Shown piece after piece: positions 18,004-26,143 of a stretch of DNA of 64,000 nucleotides. Both the position numbers and the translations under genes were made by a program. How positions within the stretch are numbered: the stretch's first letter is position 1; every line of letters starts with the position of its first letter. The DNA is from a virus (taxonomy: Duplodnaviria > Caudoviricetes), in the IMG/VR virus record IMGVR_UViG_3300031418_000007; one strand, written 5' to 3'. Under the pieces are notes generated by a model. It did not search any database and was not told the origin of the DNA. It saw only the letters and a list, made by a program, of their open reading frames with translations.

Positions 18004-18034
18004 TTGTAAATTCCTCATTGAAACAAACATACAA

Positions 18035-18062
18035 ACACTACAGAGGTTTCCCCCTGTAGTGT
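18035..18062 (-). terminator. Intrinsic terminator
   Basis: ACACTACAG...CTGTAGTGT. Confidence 0.55.
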
Positions 18063-18084
18063 CAGATTATTTTTTAACTAAATG

Positions 18085-18405
18085 TTATTTAAACATTTCC
18101 TGTCGAGCAAGAAACTTCTGGTAGAGCTGGCCGTGCGCGACACGATAGCGATCTTTATAAGAACGAAGTATCATATCCAGTCGCTGTGCTTTTACAATTT
18201 CTGATCTCAGAGTTCGCAGAATCTCTTTTGATCGGGCGCGACTTCCCAGCAAGATCAACTCATTACGACTCATCTTCTTAAGATGCTTGATCAACGCCCG
18301 TTGGTTATCGACACGTATCTTCAGCGCAATAATAGTTTGCTTAAGATCTTCACAAAGTGCATCGTGGGGGATCTTTGGTTTACGACGCTTAAACATGGTA
18401 CTCAT
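18085..18405 (-). CDS. Basic coiled-coil protein (106 aa)
   Basis: GGAG RBS; K/R-rich. Confidence 0.7.
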   Translation of the reverse strand: MSTMFKRRKPKIPHDALCEDLKQTIIALKIRVDNQRALIKHLKKMSRNELILLGSRARSKEILRTLRSEIVKAQRLDMILRSYKDRYRVAHGQLYQKFLARQEMFK

Positions 18406-18429
18406 CTATTTCTCCCGAATAGAAAACTA

Positions 18430-18789
18430 CTACACGTGCAGCACACGAATGGCGTGATAGTCATTCGCGTCATTGGTGTATTCAGAGCTGATACGGAATT
18501 CGTGCTCAATGGTTTCTTTGCCTGGCTTATAAGCCAGCACAGCACGCACCACAGCGTCACCTACCATGAGCTTAATGGTTTCGTCAGGCAACCCGTGACC
18601 AAAGTTATTAAAAGGCAGTACAAAACGATACAGAGAACTTCCCCGACGCACCACCGCAGTGATGTTGGATTCACGGTTGATCTCAATTGATTTACGGATG
18701 TCGTGGTCTTCCGCCCCAACTGCCCAGAGGGAATAGCCAAAGACAGCAACAAAGAACATTAACGCTGTAACGATTAAACCAATAATCAT
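18430..18789 (-). CDS. N-terminally membrane-anchored protein
   Basis: MIIGLIVTALMFFVAVFGYSLWAV transmembrane helix; AAGGA RBS. Confidence 0.7.
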   Translation of the reverse strand: MIIGLIVTALMFFVAVFGYSLWAVGAEDHDIRKSIEINRESNITAVVRRGSSLYRFVLPFNNFGHGLPDETIKLMVGDAVVRAVLAYKPGKETIEHEFRISSEYTNDANDYHAIRVLHV

Positions 18790-18824
18790 GGTGATTTCCT
18801 TTAGGGTGGAAACCACCCTATTTA

Positions 18825-19034
18825 TTATTTTTCAGAACGGATTAGCGAGTACGACATCACTCGCGCTTTAAACGGCCAGTCATTACAATTATAAATGTAA
18901 ACGGTGGCGTCATTTTTCTTTTCAATGAACTGCCCCGTATAGTGACAGCTATGTTCAACCAGATAACCGTCACTCACACTGCGGTCACAACCTACTACTA
19001 AAAATACCCATAAAACAAGCAATAACTTTTTCAT
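18825..19034 (-). CDS. Small lipoprotein (69 aa)
   Basis: MKKLLLVLWVFLVVG-C lipobox; two further Cys in the mature part. Confidence 0.75.
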   Translation of the reverse strand: MKKLLLVLWVFLVVGCDRSVSDGYLVEHSCHYTGQFIEKKNDATVYIYNCNDWPFKARVMSYSLIRSEK

Positions 19035-19037
19035 TTA

Positions 19038-19667
19038 TTATTCCTCTGGAATGTTCAATTCGTCTAATAAGCCGTTGATATCCCACAGGATCTTTTTATT
19101 CGAGCCGTACACTGATAAGAATTCCGCAGCGTTAGTAATGTAGCCCGCTTCCAACACATCAGTAGAAACCCTGATAGGTGAAGCAAAACTCACAGAGACA
19201 AAATCAGCGGGTAAGATGGTATAGCCGAATATATGATTGTCCGTGAAGAAGCATACATCACGTCCGTCATAATCCCGGTGTATCATCACAACCACCAACC
19301 CCTTCTTGATGCGTTCATCAATTTCACTGCGGCTGAGAATACGTCCTTTTAATATTGACTTAGTGGGGTGCAATAGACGATGTCTAAAGACCTCACGTAG
19401 ATTGCTTGAGACGACCCCATAAGCGGCAAAGTTAAACTGCTCATCATATTGTGGTTTGCCCAGATTAAATGCCGCTGGTTTAAACACGTCCCCAGTTTGT
19501 TCAGCCGCAAAGCGATTGCACGACTCTGCATCTTTGAAGAAAACTGTTTTTAATTCACCGCCGCCTTCACGCTCTGGTAACTTACTCCAGTACGTTAAGG
19601 CAAAGCGACTGTCGGCCATCCGGTATACGGTGCCGTGGTACTCCTCCAGGGTATCTAGGATGCTCAT
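19038..19667 (-). CDS. Hypothetical protein (209 aa)
   Basis: GGAG RBS. Confidence 0.7.
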   Translation of the reverse strand: MSILDTLEEYHGTVYRMADSRFALTYWSKLPEREGGGELKTVFFKDAESCNRFAAEQTGDVFKPAAFNLGKPQYDEQFNFAAYGVVSSNLREVFRHRLLHPTKSILKGRILSRSEIDERIKKGLVVVMIHRDYDGRDVCFFTDNHIFGYTILPADFVSVSFASPIRVSTDVLEAGYITNAAEFLSVYGSNKKILWDINGLLDELNIPEE

Positions 19668-19672
19668 GCTTG

Positions 19673-20011
19673 TTATCTCCGGTTGCGGGTACGGTGAGAA
19701 ATGCTCGCGTATTTGTTGAATTTGTTTTGAATCAGCACCCAGCCAGCATCGAGTTCTTCGATTGGTGAGGTGCGGGTCAATCTATCGCCTACTTCATCCA
19801 TAGCGTAAAGTGCGTTATGGATTTCAGCCTTGGTGTGTCTCTTTAAGTGAGGGCGCTTTAACAAGATACGGTAAAGCGTTTTTGTGGTTTGTAAAAAATC
19901 AAGTACGTCTAAATAACGACGTTCTTGTGTAGACAGTTGTTTGGCTTCGGCAGGCAACGGAAAACCGTTCTGTAAAGCCAAATCCAACAAGACTTCGTTT
20001 AACTTATTCAT
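19673..20011 (-). CDS. Hypothetical protein (start MNKLN)
   Basis: GGAG RBS before ATG 20011. Confidence 0.7.
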   Translation of the reverse strand: MNKLNEVLLDLALQNGFPLPAEAKQLSTQERRYLDVLDFLQTTKTLYRILLKRPHLKRHTKAEIHNALYAMDEVGDRLTRTSPIEELDAGWVLIQNKFNKYASISHRTRNRR

Positions 20012-20054
20012 AATAACTCCCAACGATTAATTCAAATGTTTTATCACTACTTAG

Positions 20055-20063
20055 ATAATATAG
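20055..20063 (-). promoter_or_regulatory. Early promoter variant CTATATTAT
   Basis: One mismatch from the motif; heads the 20011-to-16347 block. Confidence 0.6.
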
Positions 20064-20120
20064 ATTTAAGATTAATTCTATTACAAATGCTATGACAGTC
20101 ATTACTGAGGATAAAAAAAC

Positions 20121-20963
20121 ATGAGTTGCGTTGAACACGCTATCAACATGGTTCAGAACTCGGATATCGACCAGTATTTGTTAGAGCTTGCCTTTGCTAA
20201 TCCCAACGGTAACTTTGCAGGCAACTGGTACGACTACGTAGATCAGACCACTGTTGAGCAAGGCATACGCGAAAAGGTTATTCATGCTTCTGTACTCCCT
20301 TCTTGCAAGATCAACGGTGGTAGAACCGAATTCATTGATCTTTACGGAAGTCGTGTGCGTGACATGGGTAACGGTTGCGTTGAAGTAAAGTGCCCGTTGG
20401 GCATCACAGGCGGACGTCATATCGTTAACGTGACCGAAGTCTATCTGGGTTCTCTGAATTCGGTCACAGGGACGCTGGGTTTAAATTCCTCTAGCTCGGC
20501 ATGCGGTCAGGGTGTGATGAACGAAATGTTGAGCGGGGTTCTGGATAGTTTGCAAAGCAGTCGCGCTATGCCAACCTCCTTTACCACCATCCACATGAAC
20601 GGCAACAACTCCTTTGTTATCGAGGGGATGACGAATCCACTGTTCTCCATGGTCGCGAAAATGATCCTGGAGTACGATGATTCACTGTCGGTAATTGATC
20701 CACGCTCGTGGGATATGTTTGGTGACCTTTGTATTCTGGCCACCAAGAACTATATCTTCCGTACCTGTAAGCGTCCTGCTGAAGAAGCGGTGCGTCGCAG
20801 TGGTGTGAGTTTGGATAACATCCGTGACGATATTTCTGAATACCGTGACGCGTGGCAGCAGTACCGCGAGCTGTTTAAAACGAGCTGGACCAAAGCCATG
20901 GGCTACTCTGATGTGCGTCGTGTCGCCAGTTCTATTGCCGCTATCGTACCAAGAAGAATGTAA
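20121..20963 (+). CDS. Conserved phiKZ-like protein, probably virion structural (280 aa)
   Basis: GAGG RBS; the MSCVEHAI N-terminus and position resemble a conserved phiKZ-family gene (recall only). Confidence 0.6.
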   Translation: MSCVEHAINMVQNSDIDQYLLELAFANPNGNFAGNWYDYVDQTTVEQGIREKVIHASVLPSCKINGGRTEFIDLYGSRVRDMGNGCVEVKCPLGITGGRHIVNVTEVYLGSLNSVTGTLGLNSSSSACGQGVMNEMLSGVLDSLQSSRAMPTSFTTIHMNGNNSFVIEGMTNPLFSMVAKMILEYDDSLSVIDPRSWDMFGDLCILATKNYIFRTCKRPAEEAVRRSGVSLDNIRDDISEYRDAWQQYRELFKTSWTKAMGYSDVRRVASSIAAIVPRRM

Positions 20964-20979
20964 ACGAAAAAGTAACTAT

Positions 20980-21007
20980 CTGATTAGGGGGCTCGCCTCC
21001 TAGTCAG
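20980..21007 (+). terminator. Intrinsic terminator
   Basis: CTGATTAGGGG...CTCCTAGTCAG-TTTT. Confidence 0.6.
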
Positions 21008-21038
21008 TTTTATGTTACTAACTTTATCTGAGGCTACC

Positions 21039-21896
21039 ATGCCAAACACAATCAAAAGTACTGTTGATCGTCTAATCGATGGGTTAGAAGATTACTGCTT
21101 GAACCGTGAAAGCTTTGATGCGCGTTATGTGTGCGGCCAACTCTTCCTCCATGGTCAAGCCTCCGCCTACGATATCGGCATGCCCGGTCGTTTTTATGGA
21201 GAAGACGCAACTCGTAAACAATACATTTTCAACTGGTTCACTGACCTCTGGACGAAAAACGTTCACCGTTATCATGAACTGGTTACACCTTATCTTACCT
21301 ACGATGCTTTTTTAAATGCCAACGTCATAAAACTCGCAAGGCTAACCCGACCTGTGAACGTGCGCGAATACGTCGCCAGCTTGACACGCTTAGTGGAAAG
21401 CCAAACCTTTGTGGATTTGCGAATAGAACGTTACCGCAATAACAGCAAGCGTTTAAACGAGCTTCTAGTCGACTCCCCAGACCTGCGCTACAAGACAGCG
21501 TCTGCTGCTTTACTAAACGCAGGAAATGATCTCGCTTTCGCTATTGAAAGATTGAAGAGAGATTACACTGGTGATTCTCTGTATCCCACAGCTACGTTGA
21601 CTTTCTGTAGCGTTGCCGATCAGCTTAACAACCAACTACATTCGTTTATTAATGTGTTGGGTCTACCCTCTATGGTTAGCTACGGGGAGGTCTGGCTAAG
21701 TGGATCCCCTGAGAATGCGTTGGTAGAAGCATTTCCTCAAACCACCTTGAAGACGTTGGTAGAAAGTCGAGCACATGAAGTACTGGTGCTGACATTAACT
21801 AATTTACAACTCATGGCTGAAGTTATCTTGTACGTCAACAATGCCGCACAAGAAATGGCCAAAGTCATTCACAACCTTACGAGTATAAATAAATGA
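21039..21896 (+). CDS. Hypothetical protein (start MPNTI)
   Basis: GAGG RBS before ATG 21039; ATGA overlap with the next gene. Confidence 0.7.
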   Translation: MPNTIKSTVDRLIDGLEDYCLNRESFDARYVCGQLFLHGQASAYDIGMPGRFYGEDATRKQYIFNWFTDLWTKNVHRYHELVTPYLTYDAFLNANVIKLARLTRPVNVREYVASLTRLVESQTFVDLRIERYRNNSKRLNELLVDSPDLRYKTASAALLNAGNDLAFAIERLKRDYTGDSLYPTATLTFCSVADQLNNQLHSFINVLGLPSMVSYGEVWLSGSPENALVEAFPQTTLKTLVESRAHEVLVLTLTNLQLMAEVILYVNNAAQEMAKVIHNLTSINK

Positions 21897-23221
21897 AATA
21901 TTTTTCTCCTGAGTATTCCCTGTTCGAAGACCAGCAGAGTGGGCTTGAAGGTTTCTTACTTCAGTTCGCTGGATTAGAAGCATTCAACGTACCTGGCGCT
22001 GGAAAGATCTTCGACATCTATTTCCAACAGGATGCCGAGGAATATGATCTGAAGTGGGCACAACGCCTGCGTCGTTATGTCTACAGCTTTACTACCCGTA
22101 AACAAGGCATGACAGATTATACTGAATTCTTTGGTTCGCCGTACCTGGGTTTGCAAAAGATCGTGTTTACCACCGCTGATCGCAACCAGTGGTTCACCGA
22201 GATCTTTGATGCAGATGAAGATCAACTGTATGAAGCATTGATCGCCACCGGTATCGTCAAGAAAGAGTGGAACGTTGTTTCTGATGTTTGGAACATGTCT
22301 GTGCCGTACCTGTTGTGCCAGGCGTATAACTCCAAGAAGCTGGATGACAAAACCAAACACCAGGCAATGGTTGATATCATTTGTATGTACCACTACAAAT
22401 GTTTAACCAGTATCATTGCCAATGACTACAAGTTCTTGGCGCGTAAAGAAGTCGTCATTGAAACGTATAATCAGTTGTCGTTGAAATATGACATTAAGCG
22501 TTACGGTAGCTGGCGCGCACTGATTGAAGCCCGCGCAGAGTTTATTCTGGATCCACGCACCGGTATTCACTATGACGCCTTTACCACCATGAAGAACGAC
22601 GCTAAAATCGTTTATATGGTGGGTGACATCCAAGACCGTCTGCGCGGTGTTATTAATGATATCAACAAAGTCTTCCATGACGTTAAGACCAAAACCGATA
22701 TCTTCAGCATCGAAGGTAACACGGTGAACCTGGAAGATGGCATCACTATCAAAAACGTCAGTAAAGAAGTTCCGCAGTACAAGAACTATATAGAAAGTGT
22801 GCTGGTATCTGAACAGGCCTTCTATAAAGAAGAACTGATCCGCTTTGCCTGTAAGATCGCAGAGTTCGGCGGAACAGATAAACTTTCTTATGTCGTGAGA
22901 GCCTTCCCAGGTATTTACAACAGCAAGAAAGGTGCGGAACCTGCCCACAAATTCGTTGATGAATTAACGGTACATCTGTTCGAATACCTGCGTGTTAACA
23001 ATATTCTGAAGACGCATGTTGTTGACGTTGCTCGAAAAATGAAGGGAGCGTACAACTCACCGCGTTCTGTTAATGAGACAGTACTGTATCTGCGACAGTT
23101 CGGTGATGAACTGGTAACCTCTCAAACGGGCATCCGAACACCCAGTACTATAATTTCACTGAGAACGGCATTTCTTGTCTATATGTGTTTACGAATTATA
23201 ACAAGAGATAATTACCAATAA
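21893..23221 (+). CDS. Conserved phiKZ-like hypothetical/structural protein (442 aa)
   Basis: Long ORF with strong codon bias; N-terminal GLE motifs resemble prohead-protease sites. Confidence 0.7.
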   Translation: MKYFSPEYSLFEDQQSGLEGFLLQFAGLEAFNVPGAGKIFDIYFQQDAEEYDLKWAQRLRRYVYSFTTRKQGMTDYTEFFGSPYLGLQKIVFTTADRNQWFTEIFDADEDQLYEALIATGIVKKEWNVVSDVWNMSVPYLLCQAYNSKKLDDKTKHQAMVDIICMYHYKCLTSIIANDYKFLARKEVVIETYNQLSLKYDIKRYGSWRALIEARAEFILDPRTGIHYDAFTTMKNDAKIVYMVGDIQDRLRGVINDINKVFHDVKTKTDIFSIEGNTVNLEDGITIKNVSKEVPQYKNYIESVLVSEQAFYKEELIRFACKIAEFGGTDKLSYVVRAFPGIYNSKKGAEPAHKFVDELTVHLFEYLRVNNILKTHVVDVARKMKGAYNSPRSVNETVLYLRQFGDELVTSQTGIRTPSTIISLRTAFLVYMCLRIITRDNYQ

Positions 23222-23231
23222 GGCGGGTTTT

Positions 23232-23864
23232 ATGATTGATCAGAATAGTGACCGGAAGAGTGACCTCACAGCGCTTCTGGCAGAGCAGTTAACTGGATAT
23301 ACCCCGGAGCAAGTCATTGAGATCCGGGAAGTGATGATGGGCAATATCGGCGCGATGGTAGATGCTCACCTTGAGAACCGTTCACTTCTGCGTCCTCCCA
23401 AGGACACGGCTGCTTTGTTCAACGGCATTCTAAACGGCACTATTGCTGAGATCCAGAACTTCACCGCAGATGGCGCGGGTCGCCGACTATTCACCAAAGC
23501 CATTCAGGGTGAAGATAAAGTCTATTATCAGCCTTACGTCCGCAACAAAGACGGCAAGGAAGAAGAATGGAATATTACCCTCAAGAACCTCAACAACGGC
23601 TTGTGGGCGGAAGTTCCTTCTGAAGAAGAACGAGTAGGCTTCGGTATCGCTTTAGATGCCTTGCTAAATGGTCAGGTTGACTTCATTCGCTGTGAAGACT
23701 GGCCAGATCATCGTCAATGTTTACGCCGCACGCTGGTGATTTGTGAAGACGGTAATTATTACGCCATCCGCAACACCGCCAATGGCGCACTGTTTTGTCC
23801 TTCTAGTTCGGTCATGGCGTCTAAGAACTGGATCATGTTCAAACTTTCTAAGGTAGCCGAATAA
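23232..23864 (+). CDS. Tandem Tad2/DUF2829-like protein (candidate anti-defence sponge)
   Basis: FGIALDALLNG..IRCEDW ... FCPSSSVMASKNWIMF matches the DUF2829 pattern; a second, more diverged copy ends in EWNITLKNLNNGLWAEV. Confidence 0.65.
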   Translation: MIDQNSDRKSDLTALLAEQLTGYTPEQVIEIREVMMGNIGAMVDAHLENRSLLRPPKDTAALFNGILNGTIAEIQNFTADGAGRRLFTKAIQGEDKVYYQPYVRNKDGKEEEWNITLKNLNNGLWAEVPSEEERVGFGIALDALLNGQVDFIRCEDWPDHRQCLRRTLVICEDGNYYAIRNTANGALFCPSSSVMASKNWIMFKLSKVAE

Positions 23865-24013
23865 TGCCAACTAAACGTATTTCTAAAAACCGTGTTAAGC
23901 GTGTGGGTCGTAAGGGTCAGATCTTGAACCAATTCTTTCGCACTCTGGTGAAAAACAAAGCCGCTCCTGAAGCCGAGGTGAAAGATGATTCCGAACTTCA
24001 ACCCCAAGGGTAA
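23864..24013 (+). CDS. Small protein with a basic N-terminus (49 aa), not in the ORF track
   Basis: TAATG coupling; MPTKRISKNRVKRVGRKGQILNQFFRTLVKNKAAPEAEVKDDSELQPQG. Confidence 0.65.
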   Translation: MPTKRISKNRVKRVGRKGQILNQFFRTLVKNKAAPEAEVKDDSELQPQG

Positions 24014-24046
24014 ACGTAAGTTGCTTCCTAAATCAAGGAGCAAATT

Positions 24047-24598
24047 ATGTACGTTGTCGTAGAAGGTATGGATCTCGCAGGTAAATCATTATATATACAA
24101 AAACTGGTAAAGCTTTACGCGAAAACCGGGAAAGAGATCCTTACTGTCAGTGAACCATTTATGGGGCATCCCACTGGTCAAAAGATCCGTGACTTCTTGA
24201 AAGCGAAATCCACCAATAGCGACGAACTGTATCGCCTTTATAAAGAGAATCGTGAATATCTCTGGCGTGCAGTTATTCGTCCTGCTCTTGAGGCTGGCAA
24301 GATTGTCATCAGTGATCGAAACTTTGTTAGTTCCATGGTCTACCAGGAATCCATGGGCATGATGTCGGTGTTAGGTCACAACGATGCCAACCACCCTGAC
24401 GTCATCTACTGGTTAAGCACTTCACACGAAACCTATGTAAAGCGTTTAGCCCGTAAAAAGAACCTCGAGGTTATCGAGATTGAATTACAAGATCGTAACC
24501 TGTTCGAGAAAAAACTGCGTCGTTATCGCGAAGCCTGTTCTTTATTGCAACGCGTTAGCAACAAAACCATGGTTATTCCTGTAGGTGAACTTGCATGA
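24047..24598 (+). CDS. tmk: Thymidylate kinase
   Basis: VVEGMDLAGKS P-loop, EP motif, SDRNFVSSMVYQ. Confidence 0.9.
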   Translation: MYVVVEGMDLAGKSLYIQKLVKLYAKTGKEILTVSEPFMGHPTGQKIRDFLKAKSTNSDELYRLYKENREYLWRAVIRPALEAGKIVISDRNFVSSMVYQESMGMMSVLGHNDANHPDVIYWLSTSHETYVKRLARKKNLEVIEIELQDRNLFEKKLRRYREACSLLQRVSNKTMVIPVGELA

Positions 24599-25038
24599 CT
24601 ACACACTTAGACACAGCTAAATATAACGTTGATTTGCCGGTTTACTCCGCCATGACCATTAACCACCTGAAAGCCTGGTTCAGTCTCCAGACTATCGCTG
24701 CGTTCAACGGCCATGTCTTTAACCTGCCGCTTCAGCGCTGGGTTAAAGATCACGAAATCAGTATGAACGACATGACGTTTAAAAGCGAAGTCGTTCTTAA
24801 TGATCAGGGTGACGGTGTTGCACTGAAGTACAGCCTGACTTCCAAAGGCCTGGACTTTACCAAACTGGCGAGCATGGGGTTGAGCATGACCAGCCTGATC
24901 AACGGTTTCATGGATTCCCTGCTGGTAGAACAACACGTGGATCGCGGACTGATTATCGGCATGAATGTAAAGGTCGATGGTAACGTGATCCTGGTGACGG
25001 TACCGCTGGCCAAGCCGTTGAAATCTTTACTGCATTAA
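24595..25038 (+). CDS. Hypothetical protein (147 aa)
   Basis: ATGA coupling to tmk. Confidence 0.7.
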   Translation: MTTHLDTAKYNVDLPVYSAMTINHLKAWFSLQTIAAFNGHVFNLPLQRWVKDHEISMNDMTFKSEVVLNDQGDGVALKYSLTSKGLDFTKLASMGLSMTSLINGFMDSLLVEQHVDRGLIIGMNVKVDGNVILVTVPLAKPLKSLLH

Positions 25039-25048
25039 GTTAATAAAC

Positions 25049-25080
25049 TAACTACTACTCCCTTGCGGGAGTAGTAGTTA
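25049..25080. terminator. Bidirectional terminator
   Basis: TAACTACTACTCCC-TTGC-GGGAGTAGTAGTTA (14 bp stem) between convergent genes. Confidence 0.8.
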
Positions 25081-25093
25081 TTATTTATGTTTA

Positions 25094-26143
25094 TCAACGT
25101 GGAGCACGAACCAAATAGTCACCTTTATAGATGCGTTCTTTGATTCTTGCAAACGAATCGGATAACTCCAGCAGACAATAGCAATCGTAATCCCATTTAC
25201 CCATACGGAACAGTAATGCGGCAAATTGAGATTTATGCTTTTCGTCTACTTTATCAATACGCGTTTTAAAACGTTTCTCGATAAATTCTTTCTTTTCCAC
25301 ATCGTTGTTGTTGGCACGAGTGTCTGTAAAGATACGAACTTTATCCAGTGAGTTGTGAATTGCCTGGCAGAGTTCTGTAATATCACGTTCGGCAATTTGC
25401 ATGACTTTCTCGCGGGTCATGGATTCCTTTTCAGATTGAGAAGGGCTAAACTTTTTCAATTTATCCTTGATCGCATTGAAAGGGCGCATGATCTCCATGG
25501 GCTCCGGTGTATGAATGTTGTTCCACACATCCCCAGGTACGTCATCTTTTAAGGCATTTACCATGCCGTAAGTAATAACGTAAGAACCATTAAGACGAGT
25601 CAGTGCCATCTCTAAGTCACGACCCACAGTAGACAGGTTCTGGAATAAACCGTCCATGTTTGTGGGAACTTCAACCAACGTTACTTCTTTCTGGGGTTCA
25701 CTTGCCGCCTTATCCGACTGTGTACCGGAGTCATCGACCTTCATAACGACCTGGTCAGATTTCTTCTGTTCAGCAGTAGGGGCGTGTGCGTTGGGCGCCT
25801 TCTCAGATTTCTTCAGCTTGGATGCAGGAACTGAAGTCACTTTGATGGTTTCCTTGGTGGGCTTGGGTAAGTTGGTTTTCATACCCACCTCCTGGGTCAG
25901 CTCACCGGTACCTTTCTTCCCCGTAAACAAACTCGCCAGCCATTTACAGAACTGCTTGATCTTTTCCCAGACCGCACTCACCAACCCTTCATTGCCGCTT
26001 AAGTGGGAAAGCGAGACAACGTCATGCGAATACAGTTGACCCTGCATATAGCGCGAAGCGTAGCTCTCATTCCCAGCAAAGACATCAGCGATGCCCTGGT
26101 CAATTAACTCATCGTGTTCCATCATTTTCCTCTTTATAATCAC
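25094..26143 (-). CDS. Internal head/ejection protein with a cleavable propeptide (349 aa)
   Basis: AGNE and SGNE protease-type sites followed by GLVSAVWEKIKQFCKWLASLF, typical of phiKZ/SPN3US head paralogues; coupled to terL. Confidence 0.7.
   Translation of the reverse strand: MIIKRKMMEHDELIDQGIADVFAGNESYASRYMQGQLYSHDVVSLSHLSGNEGLVSAVWEKIKQFCKWLASLFTGKKGTGELTQEVGMKTNLPKPTKETIKVTSVPASKLKKSEKAPNAHAPTAEQKKSDQVVMKVDDSGTQSDKAASEPQKEVTLVEVPTNMDGLFQNLSTVGRDLEMALTRLNGSYVITYGMVNALKDDVPGDVWNNIHTPEPMEIMRPFNAIKDKLKKFSPSQSEKESMTREKVMQIAERDITELCQAIHNSLDKVRIFTDTRANNNDVEKKEFIEKRFKTRIDKVDEKHKSQFAALLFRMGKWDYDCYCLLELSDSFARIKERIYKGDYLVRAPR

Noticed and set aside
18430-19034. Possible spanin pair
   Set aside because: The lipoprotein comes first, the TM protein lacks a long periplasmic coiled coil, and both are in an early block far from the endolysin.
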